A stretch of 64,000 nt of DNA, taken from the NCBI GenBank assembly GCA_964016885.1, contig OZ024740.1:290036001-290100000 (forward strand). The letters are read 5' to 3'. The DNA is from Eledone cirrhosa. Taxonomy: Eukaryota. A program made the position numbers and the translations under genes. The notes under the pieces are model-generated. The model was given only the letters and a program-made list of their open reading frames with translations, did no database searches and was not told the origin of the DNA. Positions 42,771 to 58,079 of this stretch are shown here, in pieces (the first letter of the stretch is position 1; each line of letters begins with the position of its first letter).

Positions 42771-44899
42771 TATGTATGTATGTATGTATGTATGTATGTA
42801 TGTATGTATAAGGTGGTGAATTGGTCGGATTAAAAAAGCCTCTACATATGTTTCGGCTTACTATTCTCTAGTTTCCAATCACGGCAAGTCAGTTTTGCCT
42901 TTCATCCTTTTGAAATCGATAAATGAAGTTTCACCTAGTACTGGAGCCGATTTTTTCTATTTCATCCCTATTTCCCCCTCTCTATCTCTCTTTATCTGGA
43001 AGAAATTGGTTATTACGACCTGGCAACGGGATGGGCTTCACCAGGTAAAAATGCGTGTGTTGAAACGGTGCCCCCTTCTACATTTCAAGCAGAGCGCGCC
43101 TCTCAGTTATTTTCGCCTCTACCGTTTGTTGACAAGCAAAATCAGCGCACAATTTCTTTCCCTTTTTTTATATATATTTAGTTGTTCTAGTCTAGTCGAC
43201 TTGCTAAGTGAATATTGTTGTCTGAGAATATCTAATACAATTGAAACATGTCCGTTGCTTACACCAAGTTGACTTATAGACAAAATTTACTCCTATTGCG
43301 TTGTCTTAAATTTTAAAGAAAGGTATTTTATCAGACAATAAACAGATAGATGGAATAATAAATGAGTAACTACATGAATGAATGACTATAAAATAATTAG
43401 AAAAACACTACAAATATTTAAAAACGGAAAAGGAAGGAAAAGTCAAGTGCTATCCGGTCACAGAAGAATCGGAGGGAAAGGGTGAGGGTGATGGGCTTTG
43501 GGCCTAGGGCGTGGTGGTGTTAGGGCTGCGTCCCGCGGATATAACCACAAAAATATTTCCGCGGACAATGGCCAGCGACATCCGCTGCAACAGCCACCCC
43601 ACCTCGCAGGGATCCTTCCTCAAACGGACTGCTGACGTTTCAATCCTACAGAGGAGCTCGGCAGTACGCCTGAGGTCTCGACGCTGCTCAGTAGTGCGAA
43701 GAGGAGGTGGCCTGACATTTCCCGGTATATGTGTGTGTGAGTCTTCCTTTCCTCAGTATTGCCGAAGCGACTACATTGGAGCAGGAGAATGCGTCACAAC
43801 ATGTGACGTCCCAGATGAGGGATCTACCTTCGATGACTTGGATCGGCTTAGGCTACAGGAGTTCTCCCCCTTCCTTGCTTCTCAGTATCGGAGTTTCGGT
43901 CGAGAAATTGAAGGAGATATACATACTCATAACTAAATTTATCTAAACATGTGCGTGAGTACATGGAAACCAGATAATCCTATGCACACGCTTACATATA
44001 AATATATATATTAACTCTCTGTGTGCGTGCTTGTGTTTATATGTATGTGTGCAAAATCGAGTGGAATGAGAAGCTAGCACCTGATTGTACATATGAACAG
44101 GTGTTTTAGCCTCATTTGCTACACAATCAAGCAACATTAAGTTGTACAAATGTGTTTTTATGTCATCTACATGCATCCCCCATTACCTACCCACTTGCCT
44201 ATCTACTACATACTTGCTTACCTATCTTGTTCTTACCCAGAATTTCTCCTACTGATACTTTGAAAGTGCATCATATATTTAATTTCTCAAAATAGTAAAT
44301 CGTCGATGTATAAACAAACGTACACTCAGTGGTCACTTCAGTCAATAATCAATAATCTAGCCACTAGTTGTACATTATTTATGATATTATTAATTGTTAC
44401 TTTTAGTATTGTTGCGTCACAGAAGACTACGTCATTGGTTTTGCTTGTGTCATATCCCTGACAATAAAAGTTGTTAATCCTCTTTCTATGCTTCCTCCAA
44501 AATAATGGGCCTCATATGATGAAAAAATACAGTGCCTTTTGAGCCTCTACATGTTTTTGACCAGTTAAAATTATCAATCGGATCTCCTTCACATCACATC
44601 CCATAGTTGTACATAAGGTAAGATGATATTAGTGTAGTTCTACTGCTGCTACCGATCACTAACCAACAGGACAGCCTTCATGGTTATTTAATCGATAGCC
44701 TGCTGACATCATTTTTGAAGGATTCACGCAAGAGATGTTTTTAAATGTAGGACTACATATTTCTTTAAAAAGTTAAATCTAGCAATGGGATGGTCATGGT
44801 TAGAGTACATTTTATCATAGGTCAGCACCATCAATATTGATCTTGGGTTAATGTCAGAATATTAAGAATATATTTCAAGTGAAATATTGCTATAATATT

Positions 44900-47800
44900 G
44901 ATTTGGGGGTGGGAGAGGAAAGTCGATTAAATCGGCTCGTGCATGACTGGTACTTTATTTACCGACCCCGTAAGGATGAAAGGCGAAGTTCACCTCGGCA
45001 GGATTTGAACTCATAAAGCATGTTGTCCAACGTTCTACCGACTCTGCCAATACACTGCCCTCAAATATTGTTATAATATTAATAATAATTTAATGCTTTT
45101 ATTTAGCTAATTGTACGACACCTGATGCGCTCATCTTTTATAATCTCACTTCTTCCATATAGTGTATCACGTCCCTAAACCGCAATAAACAGGTGGTCAC
45201 TTTCATCTTCCACAAATCTATATGCCTCTAAAACGTCCACGCTATCTACACATACCCTGAAGACACCAGCCTACAGAAATTCAATTTAAATATCAATTGG
45301 AGCGATCTCAACAGGCTGAGGATACTTGTAAAATGTAATACGTATTTCCCCTCCTACTTTGGATCAAATAAAATCATATAAACTGCTGAGTAAATAGTTG
45401 TTTCTTTATTTAAATGAGATTCAGGGAGATAAGACTTACTGACTCATTGATATAACTTATTTAGAACATTTTGCAGATTTTAATTGGGACACTTACCGTA
45501 TTTCCCGGCGCCGAAGACCCTTCGTCCTCGAGGACGCACCCTAATTTTGGCTACCAAAAATCTGAAAAAAAATCATAAACAACCTTCGGCCTCTAGGAAG
45601 CATAGTAGATTTTTGAAACTTATCTTAGGAAAAGAGTAGTGTCTTCGACGCCGGGAAATACGGTATTTATTATTTTAAGGGTTAGAAGGGCGGGGGATTG
45701 GCAGTACTGGTAGAGCATCGGAAAATATGCTTTTTGGCATTGGGTTACGGCCCTTTACGTTCCGAGTTGAAATCTCGCCGAAGTGAGCTTTGCTTTTCAT
45801 CCTTACGGGGTCGATAAAATTAACTACCAGTAATGCACTGGGTTGATTTAATCGACTCCCCCTTTCCAAATTGTTGACCTTGTACCTAAATCAGGAACCA
45901 TTATTTCAGAAAATTAAGACCTACCGTTTCTTCTCCCCCGATCCTCAGTACCAATGGGGACACAATTTGGTAAAACAGTCAAGTGCACCAATAAGTTATT
46001 ATAATTATATAAGTAACCCTTTTAGCGCTGAACCACCTGAAAATTTCCTGGTCTTATGGTACAAAACTGCTTATTTTAAAATGTTTCTCCTTGAATAAAA
46101 CCTTTTAGGATAATTGCATTTCGGAGTTTGTTGTTAAGTAATGTTCTAAATATTAGCTTAATAATAAAAAAACCTAAAATATATTTTATTTAATTTTTTT
46201 AAATGTTTGATTATTTTCAAAATTTATTGAAACACAAAGGCAGTGTATTTGATGAGAAATGTGGTAATAAAAAGGTTACATCAATAACCAGAATACAATG
46301 GCTGTAATTTCACCACCAACTTGTTATTGGTATTCTCATTTTTCATGACGTTTGATGTGGCAGTCACATAAACGAAACTACCAAGCATCAATATACAAGA
46401 GATGTATATATTGTTTATTTAATGGATGTATACACGTTCTGTTTCACTTGTTTTAACTTGAAAGTTACACCAATATGAACAGTCTCATACAATATGAATG
46501 TCTACGCCATTGGTATGTTGAGAAAAAGAATTAATAGAAATATTTAGAGGATTTGATTTAAACATTAATGGTTTTTGATTTAGGCACAAGGCCAATCATT
46601 TTGGGGTGAGAAGAAATCGACTCCAGTACGTTACTGGTACTTTATTTTATAGACCGCGTATGGATGAAAGGCAAAGCTAACCTGGACAGGATTTGAACTC
46701 AGAACGTAAAGGGACGGTACTATATGCCGCAAAGCATGTTTTCCGATACTCTACCGATATTGCTAATCAACCGCCCTAGGCAAACACTCTTAGACTCACA
46801 CACATACATACATATATCGGACACATATTTTTCCCGTTTTATTATATACATATTCGCACACATCTTTCACTACATAAACTTATATTCATGCGCATACATA
46901 CACACATCGCGCTAAGCACACTTACAGTCACGCACACACATGTATATATAATACATTACACAACGCGCACGTTCGAAATTTCATTTAATTTAAATCTGCT
47001 CTCCAAACAAGCAAGTCAATTCGATCGATTTTTAAGTCTCTGATAGGGCGATAATGGGTTTTTAAACCCGAAAATATTTGGAATCATTAAATTTGCTAAG
47101 GCAAGATTCTTTTATTACCTTAATGTTCTTTCAAACGCTTTGTTTGGTTTTAAACATTTAAATTAGTAATAGTATTAAATTAATGATAGACAGCTCTCTA
47201 GATATGATATAAAATTTAAAAACAGGCAAACATCCACATCCACAGAAAGTCAAATAAGGATACCAGGCACATACACAAAAATTCCAACTCGCCCCTAGCC
47301 ATAATTAACAACCTTACTTCTGGAATAATCAAGGAAACCCCTTATCTATCCTTGGACAGAAATAACATTAACAGGGACGCCACCTAAGGTAATAATTCAC
47401 TAGATAGTTATAATAAGAAATAAACATGTGCTCCCATTTTAAACATGTTCTGTTATTAATATATTTAAGGGCAATGGATTAGCAGTATCGGTGTTCTGTC
47501 GGTATTATGCTTTGGAGCATAGAGTTACGACCCTTTACGTTCTGTTTTCAAATACCACCGAGGTTAGCTTCGCCTTTCATCTTTACTGGGTCGATAAAAT
47601 AAAGTACCAGTAACGCACAGGGGTCGATTTAATAGACTCTCCCTTCCCCCAAATCAGAAACCATTGGATTGGCAGTATCGGTAGAGGGTCAGACGCCATA
47701 CTTTGCAGCACAGTTACGTCCCTTTACGGACTGAGTTCAAATCCCGCAGAGGTTAACTTTGCCTTTCATCCTTACGGGGTCGATAAAATAAAGTACCAGT

Positions 47801-48875
47801 AATACACTGGGATAATTACTGGCCTTGTGCCAAAAGTAGAAACAATTATTAACATTTTAAGTTGTGGGGGATTGGCATCATCGGTAGGGCGTCGGATAAT
47901 ATGCTTTGCAGTATAGAGTTATGGCCTTTTACGTTCTAGGTTCAAGTTTCAACGTGCTTAGCTTTGCCTTTCATCCATACGGGGTTGATGAAATAAAGCA
48001 CCAGTAATGCACTGGGGTCGATTGAATCGAATTTCCCCTTCCCTTCAAAATTGCAGGCCTTGTGCCAAAAATAGAAGCAATGATTAACATTCTATTCCAG
48101 ATAGTTATTATTATATTATGCTATGTTACAGACAGAAAATAAAGTTATGTGTTCCAATGACTAAACTTGTAGAATACAAAGAGCATTCATTTTCAAAAAG
48201 TATATGTCTGAAAAATAAAAAGAGATGTATCTGATGTTGCTAGTTATTGATGTATTTAGTATCTATCTCCTGAGCTATTTTGGTAATTCTTTTTTGCTCC
48301 TGTACATCGATATAACATTCAGTCTTTTATTTAAGGCAAATGAATATTTTTATTCATACAGTTTATTTTAAACTTTATTCCACAGATTTTGTTTGCCGAC
48401 GTGGACTACCACAATGCTCTTTGAGTTTTAGTACTTAATTTAAACATTCTTATGAGATATGTTTGTCCTCCAGGTCGAGGGCAATACCAAATATTGTTTC
48501 TACATTTGGCACAAGGCCAGCAATTATCCCAGTGGCATTACTGGTACTTTATTTTATCGACCTCATAAGGATGAAAGGCAAAGTTAACCTCAGCAAGATT
48601 TGAACTAAGACCGTAAAGGGTTGTAACTCTATGCTGCAAAACATGGCATCCCGACCCTCTACTGATACTGCCAATCCACTGCCAAATATTGTTTCTACTT
48701 TTGGCACAAAGCCAGCAATTATTCCAGTGCATTACTGGTACTTTATTTTATCGACCCCGTAAGGATGAAAGGCAAAGTTAACCTCGGCAAGATTTGAACT
48801 CAGACCGTAAAGGGACGCAACTCTACACTGCAAAGCATGCGTACGACCCTCTATTGATACTGCCAATCTACCGCC
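44900..48875. mobile_element. SINE-rich interval (~8 copies: 44900-45062-, 45688-45900+, 46570-46776-, 47468-48080+ x3, 48495-48875- x2)
   Basis: SINE consensus core in each. Confidence 0.85.
45496..45663. mobile_element. pogo/Tc2-type MITE
   Basis: TIRs ccgtatttcccggcgccgaagac / gtcttcgacgccgggaaatacgg, TA on both sides. Confidence 0.88.
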
Positions 48876-50019
48876 AAATATTATCATATATTTAGTATTT
48901 TTCGTATTCATATTGATTCATTGTTGAGGTAGGGTCCCAACATCTCAAGTGTTACACAACATGATATCATGATCAGTGCATTTTGTCACGTCCAGTACGG
49001 TGTTATCACGTTTCGTTAATGAATATATTTTACCTGTGTTCTGTTTTACCTGTACAACGAATAAGATAATCACAGATATCATAAGTTACTCTAACTCAAT
49101 TGGATAAGTCGTGATATCTGTTGAGCAGCTTGCTCTCTATGTCTGAATCATGTTGAAATCAAACTCTAGCAGCTTTGCTGCATGATGACAGAAAGAGCGG
49201 CGTGTCATCAAACGTTGTTGGCCCAGTAGTTGAGAATCCTCAGTCATGTTGTGAAGCTGATTTCCAGATTTTCTCAACCTTATTGTTATTGTTTCTATTG
49301 TTATTTAACGCACAGACACCCATCCTCTTGCAAATATGTATCATGTAGGTAGTCGGTTGTTGTTGAAGTTGCTTAACCACTATATCAACCTTAATTGACG
49401 AAGCATTTGATCGTAGGTGGTTAGCCAGGACTATTCTATCTAGGCGTACATTATTAAATGAGTATTACTCCTTTTTGAGACAGAAGGAAGTGATTTTAAG
49501 CATATTTTACTGCTATTTCTTGCAGTTAGAGCGACTAAGAGGTTTTATGATGTAATAGAACTTCTGGGTGTAGTGGGTGTGATGGTGCTAGTGTCTGGTG
49601 GTTAGATCTTTCTGCAACAGAAAACTAACTGAGCTCTTAACATGTCCAAGTGGTATTTCCTTTAAAGTATTTTTAATTCGTTGTGTAGGTGGTCAGTAGG
49701 CGTGGTCTTAATGCAAACAGTGATGATACAAAGCGCGCTATTTTACTCCTATAGCTAGAAACTAGTCATGTCAATGCTAATGTGGAAATTGTCATTGGAT
49801 GTCAGTATTGTTTTTGTATTTCTGTCAGATGAACGGATTTCCTCAAGCAATTAATCATGTCACAGAAACGTTGGTGATAATGCAGCTGATACAAATGTAT
49901 TGTGGAATATTCAGTACATTTCCAATTGCTATGTCTTTTACTTTTTAATTTAATAGTATTTCCTAGTTACTTTATTTTTCTTTAAAGTATTCACACACAC
50001 ACACACATACAGAGAAAGA

Positions 50020-50135
<116 letters not shown>

Positions 50136-50251
50136 ACTCCATTGAGTAGATAAGAGGTAAGTGGTAAGTATGCAAAGGAAGGGTGACATAGAAAATGATA
50201 CACACAACTAAAACGTCAACTATAATATATTTTTATCGTGAAAAATATTAA

Positions 50252-52030
<1,779 letters not shown>

Positions 52031-52050
52031 TGTATATATATATATATATA

Positions 52051-52295
52051 TATTGTTATACTTTGGGAGGGTCATGTTGCCAATAAGAAACACACGCACC
52101 AGTTGCTTTCACTTCAATTTAATTTATTATATATTTATAAATTTATAAATTTGTAAATATATAATAAATTAAATTGAAGTGAAAGCAACTGGTGCGTGTG
52201 TTTCTTATTGGCAACATGACCCTCCCAAAGTATAACAATATCGGTTTCAACACACGATTTCAGATAAAGAATCTTACTAAACAAATTCAGAAACG

Positions 52296-52300
<5 letters not shown>
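52051..52300. mobile_element. 190-bp zero-spacer palindrome made of the PLE terminus, plus a 60-bp tail
   Basis: 52051-52145 mirrors 52146-52240; sequence matches the PLE end at 745-795. Confidence 0.88.
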
Positions 52301-52344
<44 letters not shown>

Positions 52345-52345
<1 letters not shown>

Positions 52346-52586
52346 GTAGGTCCCGGGTTGAGTCGGGGATAACCACAGTAAGTAAGGTACTCAATACATG
52401 GCAGAGTAAAATATATTTATTGTATAGAAGGAGCTTCTACAGGACTAGTACTGTTTCATTCAGATGAAATCTTCAGGAAGCTGGGTGCCATATTAAATAC
52501 CAGAACTTAATATGACACCCAGCTTCCTGAAGATTTCATCTGAATAAAACAGTACTAGTCCTGTAGAAGCTCCTTCTATACAATAA

Positions 52587-52592
<6 letters not shown>
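52345..52592. mobile_element. Foldback element with 86-bp hammerhead-containing arms and left tail
   Basis: 52411-52496 / 52507-52592. Confidence 0.88.
52432..52482 (-). ncRNA. Type I hammerhead; the + mirror at 52521-52571 has GAAA mutated to AAAA
   Basis: RC: agcttc CTGAAGA tttcatctgaat GAAA CAG tactagtc CTGTA gaagct. Confidence 0.82.
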
Positions 52593-52640
<48 letters not shown>

Positions 52641-52642
<2 letters not shown>

Positions 52643-52829
52643 CGAAGGAAATGTGGTAAGGAACCAGGTGGACCATAACGCACCAAATTACTCAATACTT
52701 GGGGTAGTAGAGTGGGTAATAGGAACCAGTAAGACCCCGACGGCTGAGCTCAAGCCGTCTCGACGGCTAATTCTGTCCAGAATTAGCCGTCGAAACGGCT
52801 TGAGCTCAGCCGTCGGGGTCTTACTGGTT

Positions 52830-52834
<5 letters not shown>
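52641..52834. mobile_element. Short foldback of the 28215 family (57-bp arms, 3' half of the hammerhead only)
   Basis: Tail 52641-52718; arms 52719-52775 / 52778-52834. Confidence 0.9.
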
Positions 52835-52896
<62 letters not shown>

Positions 52897-53012
52897 TTAT
52901 CAATATATATATATATATTTATTAAAATAACAGATTAAAGTCAATTGGATTTTAGTCTTCAAATTTATTATTATTACTATATATATAAAGCTTCGATTTT
53001 ACTAAGCTTCCA

Positions 53013-53059
<47 letters not shown>

Positions 53060-53064
<5 letters not shown>

Positions 53065-53323
53065 AGAATATTTTTGAAACAGCGAGTGGGTTTGAAATTA
53101 TTAGAAATGTAAGCTATCGCCGTATTTTGACTAAAGAAATTAAAGAAATTATTTAGCCTGATAGTGGGGTTAAGAACCCTCGGAGAAATGGAAAAAGTTG
53201 AGTATTGACGTACATGGGAGTCGAACCCACATCTTTGGTTATCCGGACCACATGTACGTCAATACTCATCTTTTTCCATTTCTCCGAGGGTTCTTAACCC
53301 CACTATCAGGCTAAATAATTTCT
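53060..53323 (-). mobile_element. Foldback element with a tRNA-derived centre
   Basis: Arms 53144-53216 / 53251-53323; RC of the centre has a T-arm gtggg TTCGACT cccat. Confidence 0.7.
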
Positions 53324-54199
53324 CTCTCTCTATATATATATATATATACATATAAGTGGAAGCTTAGTAAAATCGAAGCTTTGGCTGTGACCAAGCTAGC
53401 GACCTACAATTAGGAATGAGCAGCAAAGCACTCAATAAGGTTGCAGGCCTTAGAGTAATAACGTACGTTTAGACAGCTTGACAAATTGAAAATTGCAACA
53501 GGTAAACCTAGCCACACAATACCAAAACAACGAAAAAAACTAATCAGGTTAGATAACTGACCTGGACAAATCGAACAATACTTTGCAATACCTCCGATAG
53601 GTTTCTATGAAAACGAAATCATCTATCCAACTCACGTAATATGTAAGCTTGTGGTATTCCATGATCGAACAGTGGATTCACGTCATCAACAGGAATTTCG
53701 TTCTATGCCTCAAGCAGGTGTGAAATGCAACGCCGAACTGCTATATATATATATATATATATATACAGAGAGAGGGAGAGATAGAGGGGGGGGGAGAGAG
53801 AAAGTGAAAGAGAGATACATATATATATATACATTTATATATATATATACACACACACGCACACACACACACACACAGACACACACACATATATATATAT
53901 ATAGAGAGAGAGAGAGAAAGAGAGAGTAGGGGAGTCAGACAGACAAACAGATATATAGACAGATAGATCTAAAGATTGATAGATAGAGAGAGAGACAAAG
54001 ATAGATAGATGTATTTATTCTCTGATGATAGACAGTTGTATAATTAGTTACTTATCGATAATTGGTGCATGGCCACTAGACACCTTGTCAACACTGTGCG
54101 AGGGAATTATGCAGGAAGGAATATATTAATTTAACATTTCCTTGTCAGCGTTAACACAGAGTGGTTGTCACATGACCTGTGTTTTCTTTGTTATATATA

Positions 54200-55810
54200 T
54201 ATATTCTTGCATTTGATAGAGCTGCAATTATGTGATATCCCTTGGGTTTTGTAACCCACTCACGGTGGTAAGATTAGGGTGAGTGGTAAGATTAGGGTGA
54301 GTGAGGTACATATTCTCAGGTGGGCGAAGATCAGGGTCATTACTCAGTATATGTTGAGTAGCCTGCTCTGGCGAACCACACTGACAAGCTGCTGACGGAC
54401 GCAGCCCCCATATTGAGGTTCCATTTGTCAAGTGGTCCATCTGCTGTCAATACTCGCTACATGGAGGCCTGGCTATGCCGTGGCTGATGATGCGCAAACA
54501 TACTCCAAGGCTACGACGTCTCCAACTTTTCCTTTGTAAGGAACAAGTGTGGTCGCCGTTCGCTAGACACGTTTTTCCCCAGCTCGTCTTCTTAACGGAG
54601 CTGCAGTCCTGGGTCAAGCGAAAACTTAGAGGGGGCGCTTGGAGACTAGAATGTCTTCAAGCGATGACAGTCCTCAGCCAATCGGGCAGTAGAATCTGTG
54701 GGAATTCCAGCTTGGTATTTTATAGAGGGTTAGTTTCGACACATCTGTTGGGCATCTAGCTTACCACGTCTGAAGCATGTTGAATTTTGTGTGTCACAGT
54801 TTTGCTGAGTGAAGAGAGAAACAGTGGCTTGATCAAACGTTGTTGACTCAGTAGTTGAGAATCCTCAGCCTTGTAGTTTGAGGCTTTGGTTACCAACATA
54901 TGTGTGTGATGCTCTCTACGAAGGAGTGCAGAAACAATGCTTGAAAACACGCATAGATACTCAATTGGTGTAGAAAGGATACCTTTACACGCAAGGACCC
55001 CAGATGATGTATGTAGGTCGGCTGTCGGTAGTGGATTGTGTTGTGGTGTTGATCCGTTTGTTGCGTGCGTGCTCACTTGTAGCTTGCTGTGTCGTGTGGT
55101 CACAGTTTTGTGATACAGTGTGACTAGAGATGGCATGTGTGCAGTTAAATGAGTAAGTGTTCAATAACATGATGATGATATGATAGTTCCTTGATCACGC
55201 AGAAAATGAATATATATCAATGAACCATGATGACACCAAACCGCTATATTATTAATTTATTGAAAATAACTCACGCTGGAGTTATACTAAAAATACACAT
55301 GGATTTCTCTCCGAGATATAGGAGACGTGTGACATTGAGGTTAATGGTGAGCTGGCGATTGGTCTGTTTGGTATTTAGGTGGAATGCCGTTGCAGTCGTC
55401 TTTGCCATGCTCAATTTCCAAGTCTAGAAATATGTTGACATTTGGGTCATGTCTACTATTAGTAAGCCATCTATGTTCGTTCAGAGTTAATCTGGTGGTG
55501 AAGGGCGAGATCATCTGCGTAGCCATACGGTCATGATATTGTTTGAAGTACGTATGCCATTGATTTACAGATTAAAGAACATGGCGGGCAGTACTGAGCC
55601 TTGAGGGACTCCATTATGAAGGCGGCACAGTCTGCTGGTCTGGCTGCCACAAGTCGTTAGGACAAAGTTCGATTGACTAGGATGTTGCCGATAAACCACA
55701 CCATGTAGCGGACAGAAATTGATCTTAGTAACTTCAGTGTTAGGCCCTGGTGCCACACATACTCTGTGCTGAAGTCGACCAGAATAGCAGTAGCACGAGC
55801 AGTAACAGGA
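54200..55810 (-). pseudogene. Scattered Vingi/Ingi-like LINE remnants, interrupted by a Tx1 fragment (54455-54740, +)
   Basis: WGLRPSAACQCGSPEQATQHI and SRLCRLHNGVPQGSVLPAMFFNL on minus; MPWLMMRKH...LTELQSWVKRK matches Tx1 copy B. Confidence 0.6.
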
Positions 55811-56064
55811 AATCAACAATAAATATGTATCGGAAATTTGAAATGTATTGGACCATATGCAGATGATTATCTCTGTTGTCGATCACTATAAATAATAATT
55901 GAAAAATATCGAGTAAAGATGGTGAAACATTTTACAATTTTACGTGACCTTTGTCAGCTATTATTTATAATGATCAACTATAATTATAATCATTTGGACT
56001 GGAACGGGTACATTTCTAATTTCAAATTTTAATCTTTTCCAAATCTTCTTAAATAAACCGGATT

Positions 56065-56129
<65 letters not shown>

Positions 56130-56455
56130 AGCTTTAAGCGATACTCTGACCAACTCCATCTCACTCAACAAACATTAGGATATACCTAAGTATAATCCCA
56201 ATTTAGTGTGTGGGGTGCTAACTATACAGTATTCCGTGGATAGCTGGTTGTATATTTTATATGAGACATAGTTAAATAAATCTCTCTTTCCTTCCATACG
56301 ATCGTTTCGTTGTGTGTTATGTGTGTGTGTGTGTGTCTGTGTGTGTGTGTGTATGTGTGTGTGTGTGTGTGTGTGAACGTGTGTATATGTGTGTGTGTAG
56401 AAAATGATAGAAATGTCTCTTGTGTGTACACAGTCGAAAACGGATTAAAAAATGC

Positions 56456-56503
<48 letters not shown>

Positions 56504-56512
56504 TGTATAGGC

Positions 56513-56592
<80 letters not shown>

Positions 56593-57174
56593 GAATAATC
56601 GAGTATCGGAAAATCAGCTCACGAATTAACGATAAACAATATCCGATATGAGTGGCAGAGGGCTCAATAATTTGGATAAATCAGAGCTATATATATATAT
56701 ATACATATATATATATGTTTATATATATATATATGTTTATCTGTGTGTGTGTGTGTGTGTGAATGTACTTGCAGACACCTGAAATATAGCTTAATAGAAA
56801 CTTGACAATAAGTAGAGGCAAAATTTGAACTTGTTTATAGAATTCCTTCTGCCTTTGTCACTCTAAGTAATGCTTTTAAAAAATTCCCCTTTCTTTAAAC
56901 CCATCAACCACGACCTCCACCCATCCTGTAGTCACCTGAAATATAGGCATTGTTAGCTTACGAGAAACTTAAAAATAAGGAGTGCCACTCCATTTTGAAC
57001 TTGTTTATAGAATTCTTCCCTCCCCTTTTCACTCTAAATATAAATGATTGCTTTAAAGAATTAGCTTTTAAAGAATTCCATTCTCTTTCAACCAACGACC
57101 TCCACCCATCCCACTCCCCACCCTCTCCTACCACCAGAAAAGATATAAATACCACCATTTTTACTTGAACAGTT

Positions 57175-57225
57175 AGCTTCCTGATGATTTCTCACGAAAG
57201 AAACAGTTCTAGTCCTGTAGAAGCT
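57175..57225 (+). ncRNA. Canonical type I hammerhead at the end of a non-coding element with a ~170-bp-period direct repeat (56823-57111)
   Basis: agcttc CTGATGA tttc tcac gaaa GAAA CAG ttctagtc CTGTA gaagct; all three stems pair; predicted cut after 57219. Confidence 0.92.
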
Positions 57226-57237
57226 CTTCTATATTAA

Positions 57238-57286
<49 letters not shown>

Positions 57287-57396
57287 TGGAAAATGTGTGA
57301 GATCCTTGGTACAGTTAGATATATTTGAAAAAAAAAGGAAAATAATGACTTCACTTGTAGTTCTAAACAATTTGATTTAATTTTAGAATATTATAA

Positions 57397-58026
57397 CTAG
57401 CCGAATTACCCGCGCCTTGCTGCGTTTCACACATTTTTTTGTAAGAAAATGATGATTGATTTTAAATCAGTAATATAATTTATGGAGAAAAACTCTGCAT
57501 TTCAATATTACTCAATGTAAAATGTAATGCATGAAAAATTGGAAAACATTATTTTTTGTAATATTTTATGTATCAAAATTACATTATGAAACCTTATTCT
57601 TATTTTATTTCTTGTAAATAATTTTTTTCAAAATATCAATTCAAAACTTTTGTGAGTAGGCATCATATCTTGTCATATAAATCGAAAGGAAAAACATTTC
57701 AGCGGGGTGTGTGCCTCCGGGGAACCCTAATAGGGGGTTTAACCCCAATTATGGTGTCTTAATATTATTGAAATTTGTTGAAATTTTGTGAATAGGCATC
57801 ATATCTTGTCATTTACCTATGGTTTACATTTCATATAGATCGAAGGGAAAACATTTTCAGCGGGGGTTTGTGCCCCCAGGAAACCCTTTGATTAAAATGG
57901 AATATACTTATCCAAGTACCCTGGGCAATGTAGTTTCAGAATATATATGGTTATGGGGGTCGATCTCCAAAACCATAGGAGTAGTTCGTGAACGAACAAA
58001 CAAACAAACAGACAGGAATACAACTT

Positions 58027-58065
<39 letters not shown>

Positions 58066-58069
58066 TAGA
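57397..58069 (-). mobile_element. Non-autonomous Helitron/HINE-like element
   Basis: RC 3' end cgcagcaaggcgcg...CTAG|T; (TTTG)n near the 5' end; internal direct repeat. Confidence 0.7.
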
Positions 58070-58079
58070 GTAAGTTCTT

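Noticed and set aside
43511-43946. 141-aa ORF in a GC-richer patch
   Set aside because: No recognisable motif or splice context; probably an old TE fragment.
55833-56025. Degenerate inverted repeat
   Set aside because: Too eroded to decide between an old MITE and an old foldback.
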